DNA of 64,000 bases from Nitrospinaceae bacterium (GCA_021604505.1 BQJC01000004.1:88117-152116), one strand, 5' to 3'; positions 18,688-28,309 are shown, counted from the stretch's first letter. Notes: generated by a model from the sequence alone, not told the origin. Numbers and translations: made by a program.

Positions 18688-21600
18688 AGTGGATTGAAGG
18701 TTCATTAAAGTACGGAGTCACCGTGGCCGTGGGGGTCACCCTGATCATCCTGTTTGGCACCCTCTCCCTGTTCCGCATTCCCGTCCAGCTGGTTCCGGAT
18801 ATCAGCCAGCCCGAACTAACCGTCACCACCGAATGGCCGGGCGCCAGCCCGGAAGAAGTCGAACGGGACATCATCGATGAGCAGGAAAAACACTTAAAAT
18901 CGCTTGTGGGTCTGGTGGAGATGAAAAGCCTGTCTCAGACCGGCCGGGCGGACGTGTATCTCACGTTTCAAACGGGAGCGGATTTACAGGAAATTCTGGT
19001 TCGCACATCCAACGCCCTGCAACAGGTCACCTCATACCCGGAAGACGTGGATCAACCCAGAATCAAGACGGTGAACGTATCGGACCGCCCCATTGCCTGG
19101 TTCGTTCTGCAACCCCTGCCCGGAATGGAAAACGAAGTCAACGTTTACCATTACCGGGACTTCGCGGAGGATAAAATCCAATCCCGCTTCGAACGGGTGC
19201 CCGGCGTTTCAGACAGTGAAGTTCGCGGCGGCAGTCCCCTGGAGGTGCATGTCACATTCAATCCCGACGCACTGGCCGAACGGGGCTTGAGCGTTTTTGC
19301 CTTGCGGGAAGCCCTGCGCCAGCAAAACCACAATATCAGCGGCGGAGATTTTGATGAGGGCAAGCGCCGGTACATCATCCGCACCCAGGGAGAGTTCCGG
19401 TCCGTCGAAGACATCAAAAACACCATCCTCGCCCAGGTCAACGGACGCGCCATCTATACCAAAGATGTTGCCGAGGTGACGGTTGATTACGACGAGTTGA
19501 GAGACTACGTCCGTCATAACGGATTGGCGGGAATCGCCGTCAATGCCCGGAGGCAGCTGGGTTCAAATATCCTCACGGTCATGAAGGACCTGAAAAAGGT
19601 CCAGGCTGAAATGAACGAAAATTTGTTGCACCCCCTGGGCCTGCATCTGGTCCAGACCGCCGACAAAACCGAATACATCACGCGCTCCATCGACATGGTG
19701 CAACTCAATCTTGTGGTGGGGGGAATTTTCGCCACCCTCATTCTTCTGCTTTTTTTAAGAAGCTTATACAGCACGATGGTCATCGCCATCGCCATTCCCA
19801 TCAGCGTGATCGGGTCGTTTCTGGTGATCACCCTGATGGGCCGGACCATCAATGTCATCATGCTTGCGGGGATGGCATTCGCCGTAGGAATGGTGGTCGA
19901 TGCGTCGATCATTGTCCTGGAAAATATATACCGACACAAACAAATGGGAAAACCCACCCGCCAAGCGGCATTGGATGGCGCCAGCGAAGTCTGGGGCGCC
20001 ATTTTGGCGACCACTCTCACCACCCTGGCGGTGTTTGTTCCCATTCTTTTTATTGAAGAGGAAGTCGGGCAATTATTCCGCGACATTGCCGTGGCCATCA
20101 GCGCCGCGGTGACCCTTTCCATGATCGTGAGTATCCTGGTCATCCCCCCCTTGAGCAATAAACTTCTGCAATACGAATCCGAACACCCTAAGAGTGCAGC
20201 GTCCTATTTAAAAAAACTGTTTCAAAACCTTTTTGGAGTGTATGCGGTTGCGGCTAAATTGAGAAAAGTCATTCTTTCTTCGTTAAAAACCATTTTTCGT
20301 TCACGAAAAGCGCAATGGACCGTGGTCGCCTCGTTGACCCTCCTGCCCGTTATAGCGGCATGGGTCATGGTTCCCAAAGCGGAATACCTGCCCGAAGGAG
20401 AACAGAACGTCATCATCGGGATGATGATCCCCCCGCAGGGCTATAACATCCAGGAAGCCCACAGGCTGGGAAACGAACTGGAAAAAATTTACCGGCCTTA
20501 TTGGGAGGCGATGCCGGGAAGCGCGGAAGAAAAAAAATTAAAAGGACCCGCGGTACGGAATTTTCTGTTTATCGGCAGCCGGGGCCGGTTGTTCACTGTC
20601 GTCAAGGCCAAGGACCCTAAAAGATCAAAAGATCTCATTCCCGTTCTCAAGGAAGAACTGGAAAAGGCGCCCGGAATGATCGTGGTCACCCGCCAGCTTT
20701 CGTTACTCACCGGGGCATTCCGCGGTTCCCGGGGGATCGAGATCAATATCATGGGGCCCGATTTGGCGAAACTGACGTTGATCACGCAGAACGCGTTTTT
20801 CAAGCTCAAAACCTTGATGCCCGGCGCGCAGATCCGCCCCGTTCCAGGGATGGAACTCGGTCAGCCGCAAATTCAGATCATCCCCAAGTGGCGGGAAGTG
20901 GCGGAAATGGACGTGAATGTTTCTGAACTTGGCTATTCCGTTTCGGCCCTGGCGGACGGGGTGTTTGCCGATGAAGTCTACCTCGACCCCGAGAACCTTC
21001 AGGTCCCCTATGTACCGAGGGATGGAATCGACCTGATCCTGAAAAGCCGGGCGCAGGATGTGCAAAAAACTCAGGACATCGGCAAAATGGTGGTTTACAC
21101 CCGAAGAGGAAAAACCGTGCCGTTGACCAGTGTGGCCCTGCTCAAGGAAACGGTCAGCTCCGAACAGATCCAGCATTTTGAAAGGCAGCGGTCGATCACG
21201 CTTGAGGTGGTGCCGCCTGCGGCAATGCCGCTGGAAGAAGGCATCGACATTGTTCGCCAGGAAATCATTCAGCCTCTCATCGACGACGGCGCCTTGACCG
21301 GGGGCTATTCCATCAGCCTGACCGGAAACGCCGATAAACTGGAGAATACCCGAAAGGCGATCTCGGGGAATTTTATCCTGGCGATCATCATCACCTATCT
21401 TTTGCTCACCGTACTTTTTCAACACTGGGGATACCCTTTGATCATCATGCTGAGCGTTCCCCTGGCGGCGGTGGGAGGCGTGTTCGGTCTGTGGTTCCTG
21501 AATCTCTTCGTCCTTCAGCCGCTGGATGTACTGACGATGCTGGGGTTCATCATTCTAATCGGGGTGGTGGTCAATAATGCGATTTTGATCATCCACCAGA

Positions 21601-21872
21601 GTTTAAGGAATATGCGCGAAGAAAATATGGAACCCCAGCAGGCGATTCTGGAGAGCGTCAACACGCGTATCCGTCCGATTTTCATGAGCACCCTGACCAG
21701 TATTTTCGGCCTGATGCCGCTGGTGGCCCTGCCGGGCGCCGGCAGTGAAATTTACCGGGGCATCGGCATCGTGATACTATCCGGGTTATTCTTAAGCACC
21801 CTGTTCACTCTTTTTCTCATTCCTTGTCTAATGAACCTCAGCACCAGTAAAAATTTTCCGAAATATGGATAA
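18684..21872 (+). CDS. RND efflux transporter permease (AcrB/AcrD/AcrF family)
   Basis: PGASPEEVE, GMVVDASIIVLEN, GVVVNNAIL, RIRPIFMSTLT; 12-TM pattern. Confidence 0.95.
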   Translation: MKWIEGSLKYGVTVAVGVTLIILFGTLSLFRIPVQLVPDISQPELTVTTEWPGASPEEVERDIIDEQEKHLKSLVGLVEMKSLSQTGRADVYLTFQTGADLQEILVRTSNALQQVTSYPEDVDQPRIKTVNVSDRPIAWFVLQPLPGMENEVNVYHYRDFAEDKIQSRFERVPGVSDSEVRGGSPLEVHVTFNPDALAERGLSVFALREALRQQNHNISGGDFDEGKRRYIIRTQGEFRSVEDIKNTILAQVNGRAIYTKDVAEVTVDYDELRDYVRHNGLAGIAVNARRQLGSNILTVMKDLKKVQAEMNENLLHPLGLHLVQTADKTEYITRSIDMVQLNLVVGGIFATLILLLFLRSLYSTMVIAIAIPISVIGSFLVITLMGRTINVIMLAGMAFAVGMVVDASIIVLENIYRHKQMGKPTRQAALDGASEVWGAILATTLTTLAVFVPILFIEEEVGQLFRDIAVAISAAVTLSMIVSILVIPPLSNKLLQYESEHPKSAASYLKKLFQNLFGVYAVAAKLRKVILSSLKTIFRSRKAQWTVVASLTLLPVIAAWVMVPKAEYLPEGEQNVIIGMMIPPQGYNIQEAHRLGNELEKIYRPYWEAMPGSAEEKKLKGPAVRNFLFIGSRGRLFTVVKAKDPKRSKDLIPVLKEELEKAPGMIVVTRQLSLLTGAFRGSRGIEINIMGPDLAKLTLITQNAFFKLKTLMPGAQIRPVPGMELGQPQIQIIPKWREVAEMDVNVSELGYSVSALADGVFADEVYLDPENLQVPYVPRDGIDLILKSRAQDVQKTQDIGKMVVYTRRGKTVPLTSVALLKETVSSEQIQHFERQRSITLEVVPPAAMPLEEGIDIVRQEIIQPLIDDGALTGGYSISLTGNADKLENTRKAISGNFILAIIITYLLLTVLFQHWGYPLIIMLSVPLAAVGGVFGLWFLNLFVLQPLDVLTMLGFIILIGVVVNNAILIIHQSLRNMREENMEPQQAILESVNTRIRPIFMSTLTSIFGLMPLVALPGAGSEIYRGIGIVILSGLFLSTLFTLFLIPCLMNLSTSKNFPKYG

Positions 21873-22557
21873 ACCGGCCCTGCTCAATTACTGGCAAAAA
21901 TTTTTTTCCGACCTCTTTCTGGGCACGTTTAAAAAATTGTTTCTCTTCAGCCTGACGGGGTTTGTTTCCGGTGTGCTGGTTTTGTTCGTCTTCAAATCCA
22001 CCATGATCGCGGAACTGGATTGGCAGGCGTGGCTCAAGACCCTGGTGCTTGTCCTGGTATTTTTCTGGTTCGGGGGGTTTGGAGTTTTTCACGGACTGAT
22101 CTCGTCCGTCATCCATGTGGTCGGAAAAAAGTTCAAGGAGGCGGTGCTCGGGTTGCATGACCTCCTGGACCTTTTCACCCGGGAAGTCATGACCAGAATT
22201 CCCAGGTTCAACAAAAGCACTCCCAGGGAGGAAATCGAAAAACAATTTGAAAATATCGGCAGGGATTTTCAGAACAAACTGCGCTTGAAAGGGATCACCG
22301 GCTGGATCTCAAGCCTGTTTTTTTGGGTCCTGGTCAAGGCATTGAAGATTTTATTTCTGGACAGCGTGGCGGAAGAATTGCTCAAAAACCCTTCCGACCA
22401 AATAGAGTCCAGCGACATCGAACACGCCGTCCGGCGGGTGGGCGTGGAAATTATCTTAGAGCCGATCACCGACAGTTTATTATTATTTCAAATCCTCAAC
22501 GGGGTTTTGGTCATCTTAATCTTCGCGATCCCCTTCGGGATATTTTTCTTGCTTTAA
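21865..22557 (+). CDS. Hypothetical integral membrane protein
   Basis: About 4 hydrophobic segments; overlaps RND stop (translational coupling). Confidence 0.65.
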   Translation: MDKPALLNYWQKFFSDLFLGTFKKLFLFSLTGFVSGVLVLFVFKSTMIAELDWQAWLKTLVLVLVFFWFGGFGVFHGLISSVIHVVGKKFKEAVLGLHDLLDLFTREVMTRIPRFNKSTPREEIEKQFENIGRDFQNKLRLKGITGWISSLFFWVLVKALKILFLDSVAEELLKNPSDQIESSDIEHAVRRVGVEIILEPITDSLLLFQILNGVLVILIFAIPFGIFFLL

Positions 22558-22583
22558 AATTCCAGAAACCATAAAGTGTAAAA

Positions 22584-22889
22584 ATGGTTGATTCGGGCAA
22601 AAAACTAAAATCCTTTATTCCCAGGCTGGGCGTCCTTCTGGCGTTGCTCAGCTTCGGATTCATGATTGGCCTGGCCCCGGTGCTGCACGCTCATGAACTG
22701 GATTTTGATGCGGCACATGACGATTGCGCCCCCTGCCACTGGAGCCAATCCCATCAATCCGTTGAAACCACTGCAAACACGATATCCAAAACCTCACTGG
22801 TGTATACCCAGCCATTTTCCCCTGCCGAGTTCATCGGCCAGCAGTTTACCAGCAACGTCCTCAACCGCGGTCCCCCTCTTCTTTCGTAG
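22584..22889 (+). CDS. DUF2946/CruR/CutF-like leader peptide, copy 1 (signal/TM-HAH-CxxC-RGPP)
   Basis: Hydrophobic N-terminus, LHAHE...HDDCAPCH, C-terminal NRGPPLLS. Confidence 0.8.
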   Translation: MVDSGKKLKSFIPRLGVLLALLSFGFMIGLAPVLHAHELDFDAAHDDCAPCHWSQSHQSVETTANTISKTSLVYTQPFSPAEFIGQQFTSNVLNRGPPLLS

Positions 22890-22982
22890 CACCCCACTCG
22901 TAAAACAAACAATATTTTTTTAAGATCCTTGAAATGCTTCCTGCGTAAAGGAACGTTTCCCCGTGGTCTTCTGTGCAAAAAA

Positions 22983-23288
22983 ATGGTCCTTCTGGATAAA
23001 AAACTAAAATCCTTTCTTCCAAGGCTGGGTGTTCTTCTGGTTTTGCTCAGCTTCGGGTTCATGACCGGCCTGGCTCCGGTGTTGCACGCTCATGAATTTG
23101 ATTTCGATGTAGCTCATGACAATTGCGCTCCCTGTCACTGGGTTCAATCCAATCAATCCGTCGAAACCTCCGTCAACACATTGGCAGCAGCCCCCCTGCT
23201 ACAATTTTCGATCTTTTTTCCTGCCGAGTTCATCGGCCAGCCGTTCACTGGCAACGTCCTCAACCGCGGCCCTCCCCTGCTTTCGTAA
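22983..23288 (+). CDS. DUF2946/CruR/CutF-like leader peptide, copy 2
   Basis: ATG at 22983 gives the same length (101 aa) as copy 1; LHAHE...HDNCAPCH...NRGPPLLS. Confidence 0.8.
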   Translation: MVLLDKKLKSFLPRLGVLLVLLSFGFMTGLAPVLHAHEFDFDVAHDNCAPCHWVQSNQSVETSVNTLAAAPLLQFSIFFPAEFIGQPFTGNVLNRGPPLLS

Positions 23289-23374
23289 CCTCTCGCTAAT
23301 CATCCAACTATAAATTTGGGATCACTCCTGCGCAAAGACGCGTTCGCCCGTGGTCCTCTTAATGGAGAGTGTTT

Positions 23375-24553
23375 ATGAAATCCTTGAACCTGTTCTCTTT
23401 GGTGTTGCTCTGCGTCCTGATGGGCTCAAATGCCAGCGCCGAAGATAAAAAATATTTTAAAAACCGTATCGAGCAACTCGAAAACCGCGTGAAGCAACTG
23501 GAATCTGAAAAGTCCCAAAAAGCTTCCCCATCCGGTAGTGAACGCGCTTCCGGGTCGACCACAGCTACAGGAATTTCCCGCTATTTCAATCCCGCCATCA
23601 GCGTCAACGGCCTGCTTCTTGGAACCTATACCAACCGGGGAAGAAATGACGCCTCGCGGGAAGTAAAAACCGGAATGAAGATTCAGGAAGTGGAAATGCG
23701 CTTCACCGCAAACATCGACTCCTACCTCACAGGAGATCTGACGATCGCCTTTGAAGGCGATGAAGTGGAAATTGAAGAGATCATCGCTTCCCTGCTTGTG
23801 ACCAACAATCTGGCTTTCCGGGCCGGAAAGTTTTTCACGCCCTTTGGAAAGCACAACCTTCTGCACACCCATAACTTCCCATTCATTGACGCGCCTTTAA
23901 TCAATGAGGAAATTCTCGGTGAGGAAGGCATCAATGAAGTTGGAGTGGGTGCGTCGGTTCTATTGCCAACCCCCTGGTTCTCGGAGGTCAACCTGCAAAT
24001 CCTGGAAGGTGACAACGCGCTGTTCAGCGGTCCGTTGAATGATGATTTTCTTTATCTCGCCCATTGGAAAAATCTCATCGACCTCACACGCGAGTTGACC
24101 GCCGAACTTGGAGGCTCCTTCGCCTATGGCCGCAACGACCTCATAACCGGCCCCTATAACCACACCACCCTGGCGGGAGCCGACATGACGTTCAAATGGA
24201 AACCGGCAGGCCGGGAAAAATACCGCACGCTGATATGGCAGACCGAGTTCATGAACTCATCTAAAAACATAGATAAAAAGGGCATTTACACGCTCGTGCA
24301 ACACCAGTTCGCCCGCCGCTGGTGGGTCCAGGGGCGCTACGATTTTTTGACCCTTCCCCGCGACGCCGTCGGCGGCGGCGAGGTGAAACAGGACAAACAC
24401 CGTTACGCCGGTCTTCTGGCGTTTGTGCTCAGCGAATTTTCCGCACTCAGACTGCAATACAGTTTTCTGGATTCGTCCATCGCTGAAAACGAGCATCAGG
24501 TGCTTTTGCAACTCAACTTCACATTCGGGTCGCATCCGGCGCACTCTTATTGA
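23375..24553 (+). CDS. Outer membrane beta-barrel porin associated with Zn/metal ABC uptake
   Basis: Signal peptide, short coiled coil, NPAISVNG, GKF..FGKHN.LHTH, C-terminal FGSHPAHSY; upstream of metal SBP. Confidence 0.75.
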   Translation: MKSLNLFSLVLLCVLMGSNASAEDKKYFKNRIEQLENRVKQLESEKSQKASPSGSERASGSTTATGISRYFNPAISVNGLLLGTYTNRGRNDASREVKTGMKIQEVEMRFTANIDSYLTGDLTIAFEGDEVEIEEIIASLLVTNNLAFRAGKFFTPFGKHNLLHTHNFPFIDAPLINEEILGEEGINEVGVGASVLLPTPWFSEVNLQILEGDNALFSGPLNDDFLYLAHWKNLIDLTRELTAELGGSFAYGRNDLITGPYNHTTLAGADMTFKWKPAGREKYRTLIWQTEFMNSSKNIDKKGIYTLVQHQFARRWWVQGRYDFLTLPRDAVGGGEVKQDKHRYAGLLAFVLSEFSALRLQYSFLDSSIAENEHQVLLQLNFTFGSHPAHSY

Positions 24554-24580
24554 TCGAACAAAATTCAACCAGGTGAAACC

Positions 24581-25534
24581 ATGAGACCTTTCAATTTAAT
24601 AAAAATTGTTTTCGTTTTTTTCTTAATCGGTTTATCCCATCCGGCAATGGCGATGGCCAAAATCAATGTCGTGACCACCACCGAAGACATTGCATCCATT
24701 GTCAGAGAAGTCGGGGGAAACCGGGTTGCCGTGCAAAGCATCGCCAGAGGCTATCAGGACCCGCACGTCGTTGAAGCCAAGCCCAGCTACATGCTGAAAA
24801 TCAACCGCGCCGATTTACTGGCGTATCAGGGTCTGGAACTGGAGGTGGGCTGGCTTCCCTTATTGATCCAAGGTGGCAGGAATAAAAAAGTCATGCCGGG
24901 ACAATTGGGCCATCTGGACGTATCCCACGCCATCACGCCCCTGGAAGTTCCCGCAGGGCAACTGGACCGCTCGATGGGCGATGTGCATCCGCTCGGAAAC
25001 CCGCACTACACCTTGAATCCCGAGAATGGTCTGTTGATCGCCGCTGTCATCGCGGAGCGGTTGAGTCAGCTCGACCCATCCGGCTCACAAAGCTATCAGG
25101 CCAATTTAGAAAAGTTCCGTCAGCGTCTGAAAGCGAAAGTTGTTGAATGGAAATCCCGGTTGGAAAAATTCAAGGGTTCCAAGGTGGTCACGTACCACAC
25201 GACCTGGAGTTACCTTCTGGATTTTTTTAAAATCGAATCGGTTGGCGCCATTGAAAACCGCCCCGGAATTCCCCCCAGTGGACGACACCTCGCCGAACTG
25301 GCAACCTTGATGAATCAAACCGGCACCAAAGTCATTCTGCAGGCCAACTATTTCGATGACGAATTTTCACAATTGCTGGCCAGCAAGACCGAGGCAACGG
25401 TGCTGGCTCTTCCAGTGGCGGTAGGAGGCACGGAAGAAGCGCAGGACACCTTCACTTTATTTGAGATTTTGGTCGATAAACTGGAAAAGGCTTTTGCGAA
25501 ACATCAATCCCTCATTAAAAAGGAAAATCATTAA
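24581..25534 (+). CDS. Zn/Mn ABC transporter substrate-binding protein (ZnuA/TroA family)
   Basis: INVVTT, QDPH, GDVHPLGNPHY, YH..W.YL, PGIPPS..HL. Confidence 0.9.
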   Translation: MRPFNLIKIVFVFFLIGLSHPAMAMAKINVVTTTEDIASIVREVGGNRVAVQSIARGYQDPHVVEAKPSYMLKINRADLLAYQGLELEVGWLPLLIQGGRNKKVMPGQLGHLDVSHAITPLEVPAGQLDRSMGDVHPLGNPHYTLNPENGLLIAAVIAERLSQLDPSGSQSYQANLEKFRQRLKAKVVEWKSRLEKFKGSKVVTYHTTWSYLLDFFKIESVGAIENRPGIPPSGRHLAELATLMNQTGTKVILQANYFDDEFSQLLASKTEATVLALPVAVGGTEEAQDTFTLFEILVDKLEKAFAKHQSLIKKENH

Positions 25535-25540
25535 ATCGAT

Positions 25541-26362
25541 ATGAGTGAATTTCTGACATTCATGGGTCCATCGGCAGCTGCCTGCTTCCTGCTCGCCGTC
25601 ATTTACACCTATTTTGGCTGTCACGTTTTAAAGCGCGAGATCATTTTCATCGATCTATCGCTTGCCCAGTTGGCCGCGCTGGGGACAACCACCGCCTTCG
25701 CACTTGACCTCGAACTGGATGCTTCCGGTTCTTTCGCCCTGTCACTTTTGTTTGTGGTTGCGGGGTCGGTGTTTTTTTCAACCACGCGCAATCTCGGGAA
25801 AAGCATTCCCCAGGAAGCCGTCATCGGAATCGTTTACGTCGTCAGCGCCTCGGTGGCCCTGCTTCTCGCAAGCGGGATGCCGCACGGAGCGGAGCATTTG
25901 AAAACGCTTTTAAACGGCTCCATCCTGTGGATCACCTGGGGGGGAGTCCTGCAAATTTTCGGTGTGACCCTGGGAGTCGGCGGATTGCACTGGGCAATGA
26001 GAGCCCAGTTTTTTAAACTCTCGGAAACTTACAAAAACGCCGATGCCGCAAATTCACTGAGTAAAACCTGGGATTTTTTGTTTTACGTCACCTTAGGGTT
26101 GGTGATCGTCTTCTCGGTCAGAACGGCGGGTGTTTTTTTGATTTTCACATTTCTTATTATCCCCGCGGTCTGCGGGGCGCTGTTTTCCCCATCGATGGTC
26201 CGGCAATTCATCACAGGTTCCATCCTTGGCATTGTCGTCAGTCTGGCGGGTTTGCTCCTTTCGTTTTTTCTCGATTTACCTACAGGCGCCACGCTCGTCT
26301 GTTCCTTCGGCACGGTCTTTTTTGCGTCTCTTGTGCTGAGGCGGTTTCGGCCGTCTATCTAG
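25541..26362 (+). CDS. Metal ABC transporter permease (ZnuB/ABC-3 family)
   Basis: G.HVLKR.IIFIDLSLAQ.AALG, EAVIG, L.G.IL, LIIPA, DLPTGA. Confidence 0.88.
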   Translation: MSEFLTFMGPSAAACFLLAVIYTYFGCHVLKREIIFIDLSLAQLAALGTTTAFALDLELDASGSFALSLLFVVAGSVFFSTTRNLGKSIPQEAVIGIVYVVSASVALLLASGMPHGAEHLKTLLNGSILWITWGGVLQIFGVTLGVGGLHWAMRAQFFKLSETYKNADAANSLSKTWDFLFYVTLGLVIVFSVRTAGVFLIFTFLIIPAVCGALFSPSMVRQFITGSILGIVVSLAGLLLSFFLDLPTGATLVCSFGTVFFASLVLRRFRPSI

Positions 26363-26483
26363 CATCCCGTGAAACTCGCTCAATCTGTAAGGAACGGATA
26401 TCCTCGCCGACCAAACAAAAAATTCCAGTCATCCATTGGCCTGGGTTTTAATGTTCAATTTTTTCGATCGAAGGGAAAGCCAA

Positions 26484-26645
26484 ATGAAACAACTCATGAG
26501 TCTGGGAATTCTTATTGTCTTTCTGACACCCTTGGCATTGGGAGTTTCGGGTTGCGCAGGCCCCAAGCACCAGGGCGGGTCCACCTACGAAAAATCAAAA
26601 TCCGATTACGAAAAGAAAAGGCGGGAAGGTTCAGGCGGGTATTAA
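26484..26645 (+). CDS. Small putative lipoprotein (53 aa)
   Basis: AAGGGA RBS, MKQ + hydrophobic stretch + VSGC lipobox. Confidence 0.6.
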   Translation: MKQLMSLGILIVFLTPLALGVSGCAGPKHQGGSTYEKSKSDYEKKRREGSGGY

Positions 26646-26775
26646 TGGAAATAAGGAGTATTTCCGAATGGACCTTATTTTCGACTCATAAACGATTTGT
26701 TCGCGTTAGGATCGAATTTTAGGGTATATTACGGCCTTGGTTGAATTTCAGTAATTTTTTCTTACAATTATTCGC

Positions 26776-27642
26776 ATGTCTCGAGCCCAGACCGGGATTT
26801 CTCCCCTCCTTCCAAAACACACCTTGATTGTCTCTTTCCAGGTCCGGGATATCCCCTTGACCGCAATGAGCGTCGGGCACGTTGCGGCCAATGTTCCAGG
26901 GCTCGCCAATGAATTTAGAAAGTCGGCCACGGGTTCGGATCTGGTCTATACCATCGGGTTCGGCTGGCAGGTGTGGAATTTCATCTGGCAGGGCGCCATG
27001 CCCCCTGGGTTTTCCCATCTTGAGGTCGAAGAAAACGAGGATGAGATCGAAGAAGATGATGAGGACGATGACGAGCCCGGTCCGCACCTCCTGTTTAGTT
27101 TTTCCGCCTCGGAACCGGAGGTTCTCCGCGAACTGGCCGAGCAAAGCAGGACCCACCTGAAAAATATCGCCGACGTTCATGAAATGGTCCTGGCAACTCC
27201 GGTTGCAGACCCGGAGCATCCTTCTCCTAAAAGCCGGGAAACAGCTGTAGAAGCTTTGATTGGCCAGCAGAACGCGGAATACGCGCAAAGCAGTTATTTA
27301 TTGGCCCTAAATATGACATCGGAAAAAGCAACCGCGGACAACAGCTTATCCAGGGATGTTACAACCCTCACCGAAAACCAATCCGGCCTCATCTCTCATC
27401 TATATGGCTGTAAAACAGAAACCGAATCCAAACATTACCTAATGGCATTTTGTAATCACGTCCGGCCCTTTCAGGGGATTCTCGATCGAATCGCCGTGCC
27501 CTCCGATTCCCTCAAGGCTCCCTGGAGCGATATTGCGGTATGCCCTTCCCTGTTTTTCCTGCCTTCGCTTGAAATACTGGGAGCCTTGCGAATGGGAACG
27601 CTGAGAATGGGACCCCTCTCGCCCACCGCCCGCTGGAAATAA
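26776..27642 (+). CDS. Degenerate Dyp-type peroxidase-fold protein
   Basis: IGFG..VW...P, LLF...A....L.EL, EHP...ALIG....YA.SSY, LFFLPS match the DyP/YfeX layout, but GxxDG and heme His are not seen. Confidence 0.55.
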   Translation: MSRAQTGISPLLPKHTLIVSFQVRDIPLTAMSVGHVAANVPGLANEFRKSATGSDLVYTIGFGWQVWNFIWQGAMPPGFSHLEVEENEDEIEEDDEDDDEPGPHLLFSFSASEPEVLRELAEQSRTHLKNIADVHEMVLATPVADPEHPSPKSRETAVEALIGQQNAEYAQSSYLLALNMTSEKATADNSLSRDVTTLTENQSGLISHLYGCKTETESKHYLMAFCNHVRPFQGILDRIAVPSDSLKAPWSDIAVCPSLFFLPSLEILGALRMGTLRMGPLSPTARWK

Positions 27643-27794
27643 GAGAACCCGAATGGGCCTTTTCGGCCTTTATCCGGCACCGTGGAAACTTTAGGTGACT
27701 CGGGAAGGCTATTAATGTTAGGATTTCACCTTTACTAAATCTAAAAATATTATCAATCAATTGAATCTTTGATTCAAATTAAGGAAGGATAGCA

Positions 27795-28280
27795 ATGGTT
27801 AAGAAGGATAGCGTGGTCAGCATGAGTTACAACTTGAAAAATGCCGCAGGTGAAGAACTGGGCAGTGCCGATAGCGCCAAGCCCCTCACCTACCTTCAAG
27901 GGTCGGGACAGATCGTTCCCGGTCTGGAAAATGCCCTCGAAGGGTTGGTTATCGGTGATAAAAAGGATGTCACTCTCACCGCCCAGGAAGGCTATGGAGA
28001 GTTGAATCCTGAATTAAAAATGAAGGTGGAACGCAAAATGTTCCCCCCCGATGCGGAAATCAAGGCCGGGATGCAGTTTCGCGCCAACATCGGCGGCGAT
28101 CGCGAGCACACGTTCACCGTCATGGATGTTCAAAACGACGATGTTTTTGTCGACGGCAATCATCCCCTGGCGGGACAAACACTGCATTTTTCAGTTGAGA
28201 TCGTCGGCATTCGGGAAGCTACCCAGGAAGAACTGACGCATGGCCACGCCCATGGACCGGACGGAACCCATTCCCATTGA
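27795..28280 (+). CDS. slyD: FKBP-type peptidyl-prolyl isomerase SlyD
   Basis: YL.G..QIVPGLE.AL.G, VDGNHPLAGQTLHF, REAT.EEL.HGHAH. Confidence 0.95.
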   Translation: MVKKDSVVSMSYNLKNAAGEELGSADSAKPLTYLQGSGQIVPGLENALEGLVIGDKKDVTLTAQEGYGELNPELKMKVERKMFPPDAEIKAGMQFRANIGGDREHTFTVMDVQNDDVFVDGNHPLAGQTLHFSVEIVGIREATQEELTHGHAHGPDGTHSH

Positions 28281-28309
28281 GGAAGTGGGTAGTTACTGAG
28301 GGCTTTGCT

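Larger units (their letters stand above)
22584..23359 (+). repeat. Diverged tandem duplication (~390 bp unit: leader-peptide gene plus downstream 34-bp motif)
   Basis: Two paralogous ORFs; motif 22939-22972 vs 23326-23359 identical at 27/34 positions. Confidence 0.85.

Noticed and set aside
22929..22982. 18-aa N-terminal extension of leader peptide copy 2
   Set aside because: Alignment with copy 1 places the start at ATG 22983; the extension covers the conserved non-coding motif
22584..23288. Calling the two small proteins c-type cytochromes because of CAPCH
   Set aside because: No cytochrome fold or distal ligand context; overall layout and terminal RGPP fit DUF2946-type leaders better, though not formally excluded
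26369..26722. 117-aa ORF after the ABC permease
   Set aside because: No motif; the overlapping 53-aa lipoprotein frame has a better RBS and a lipobox
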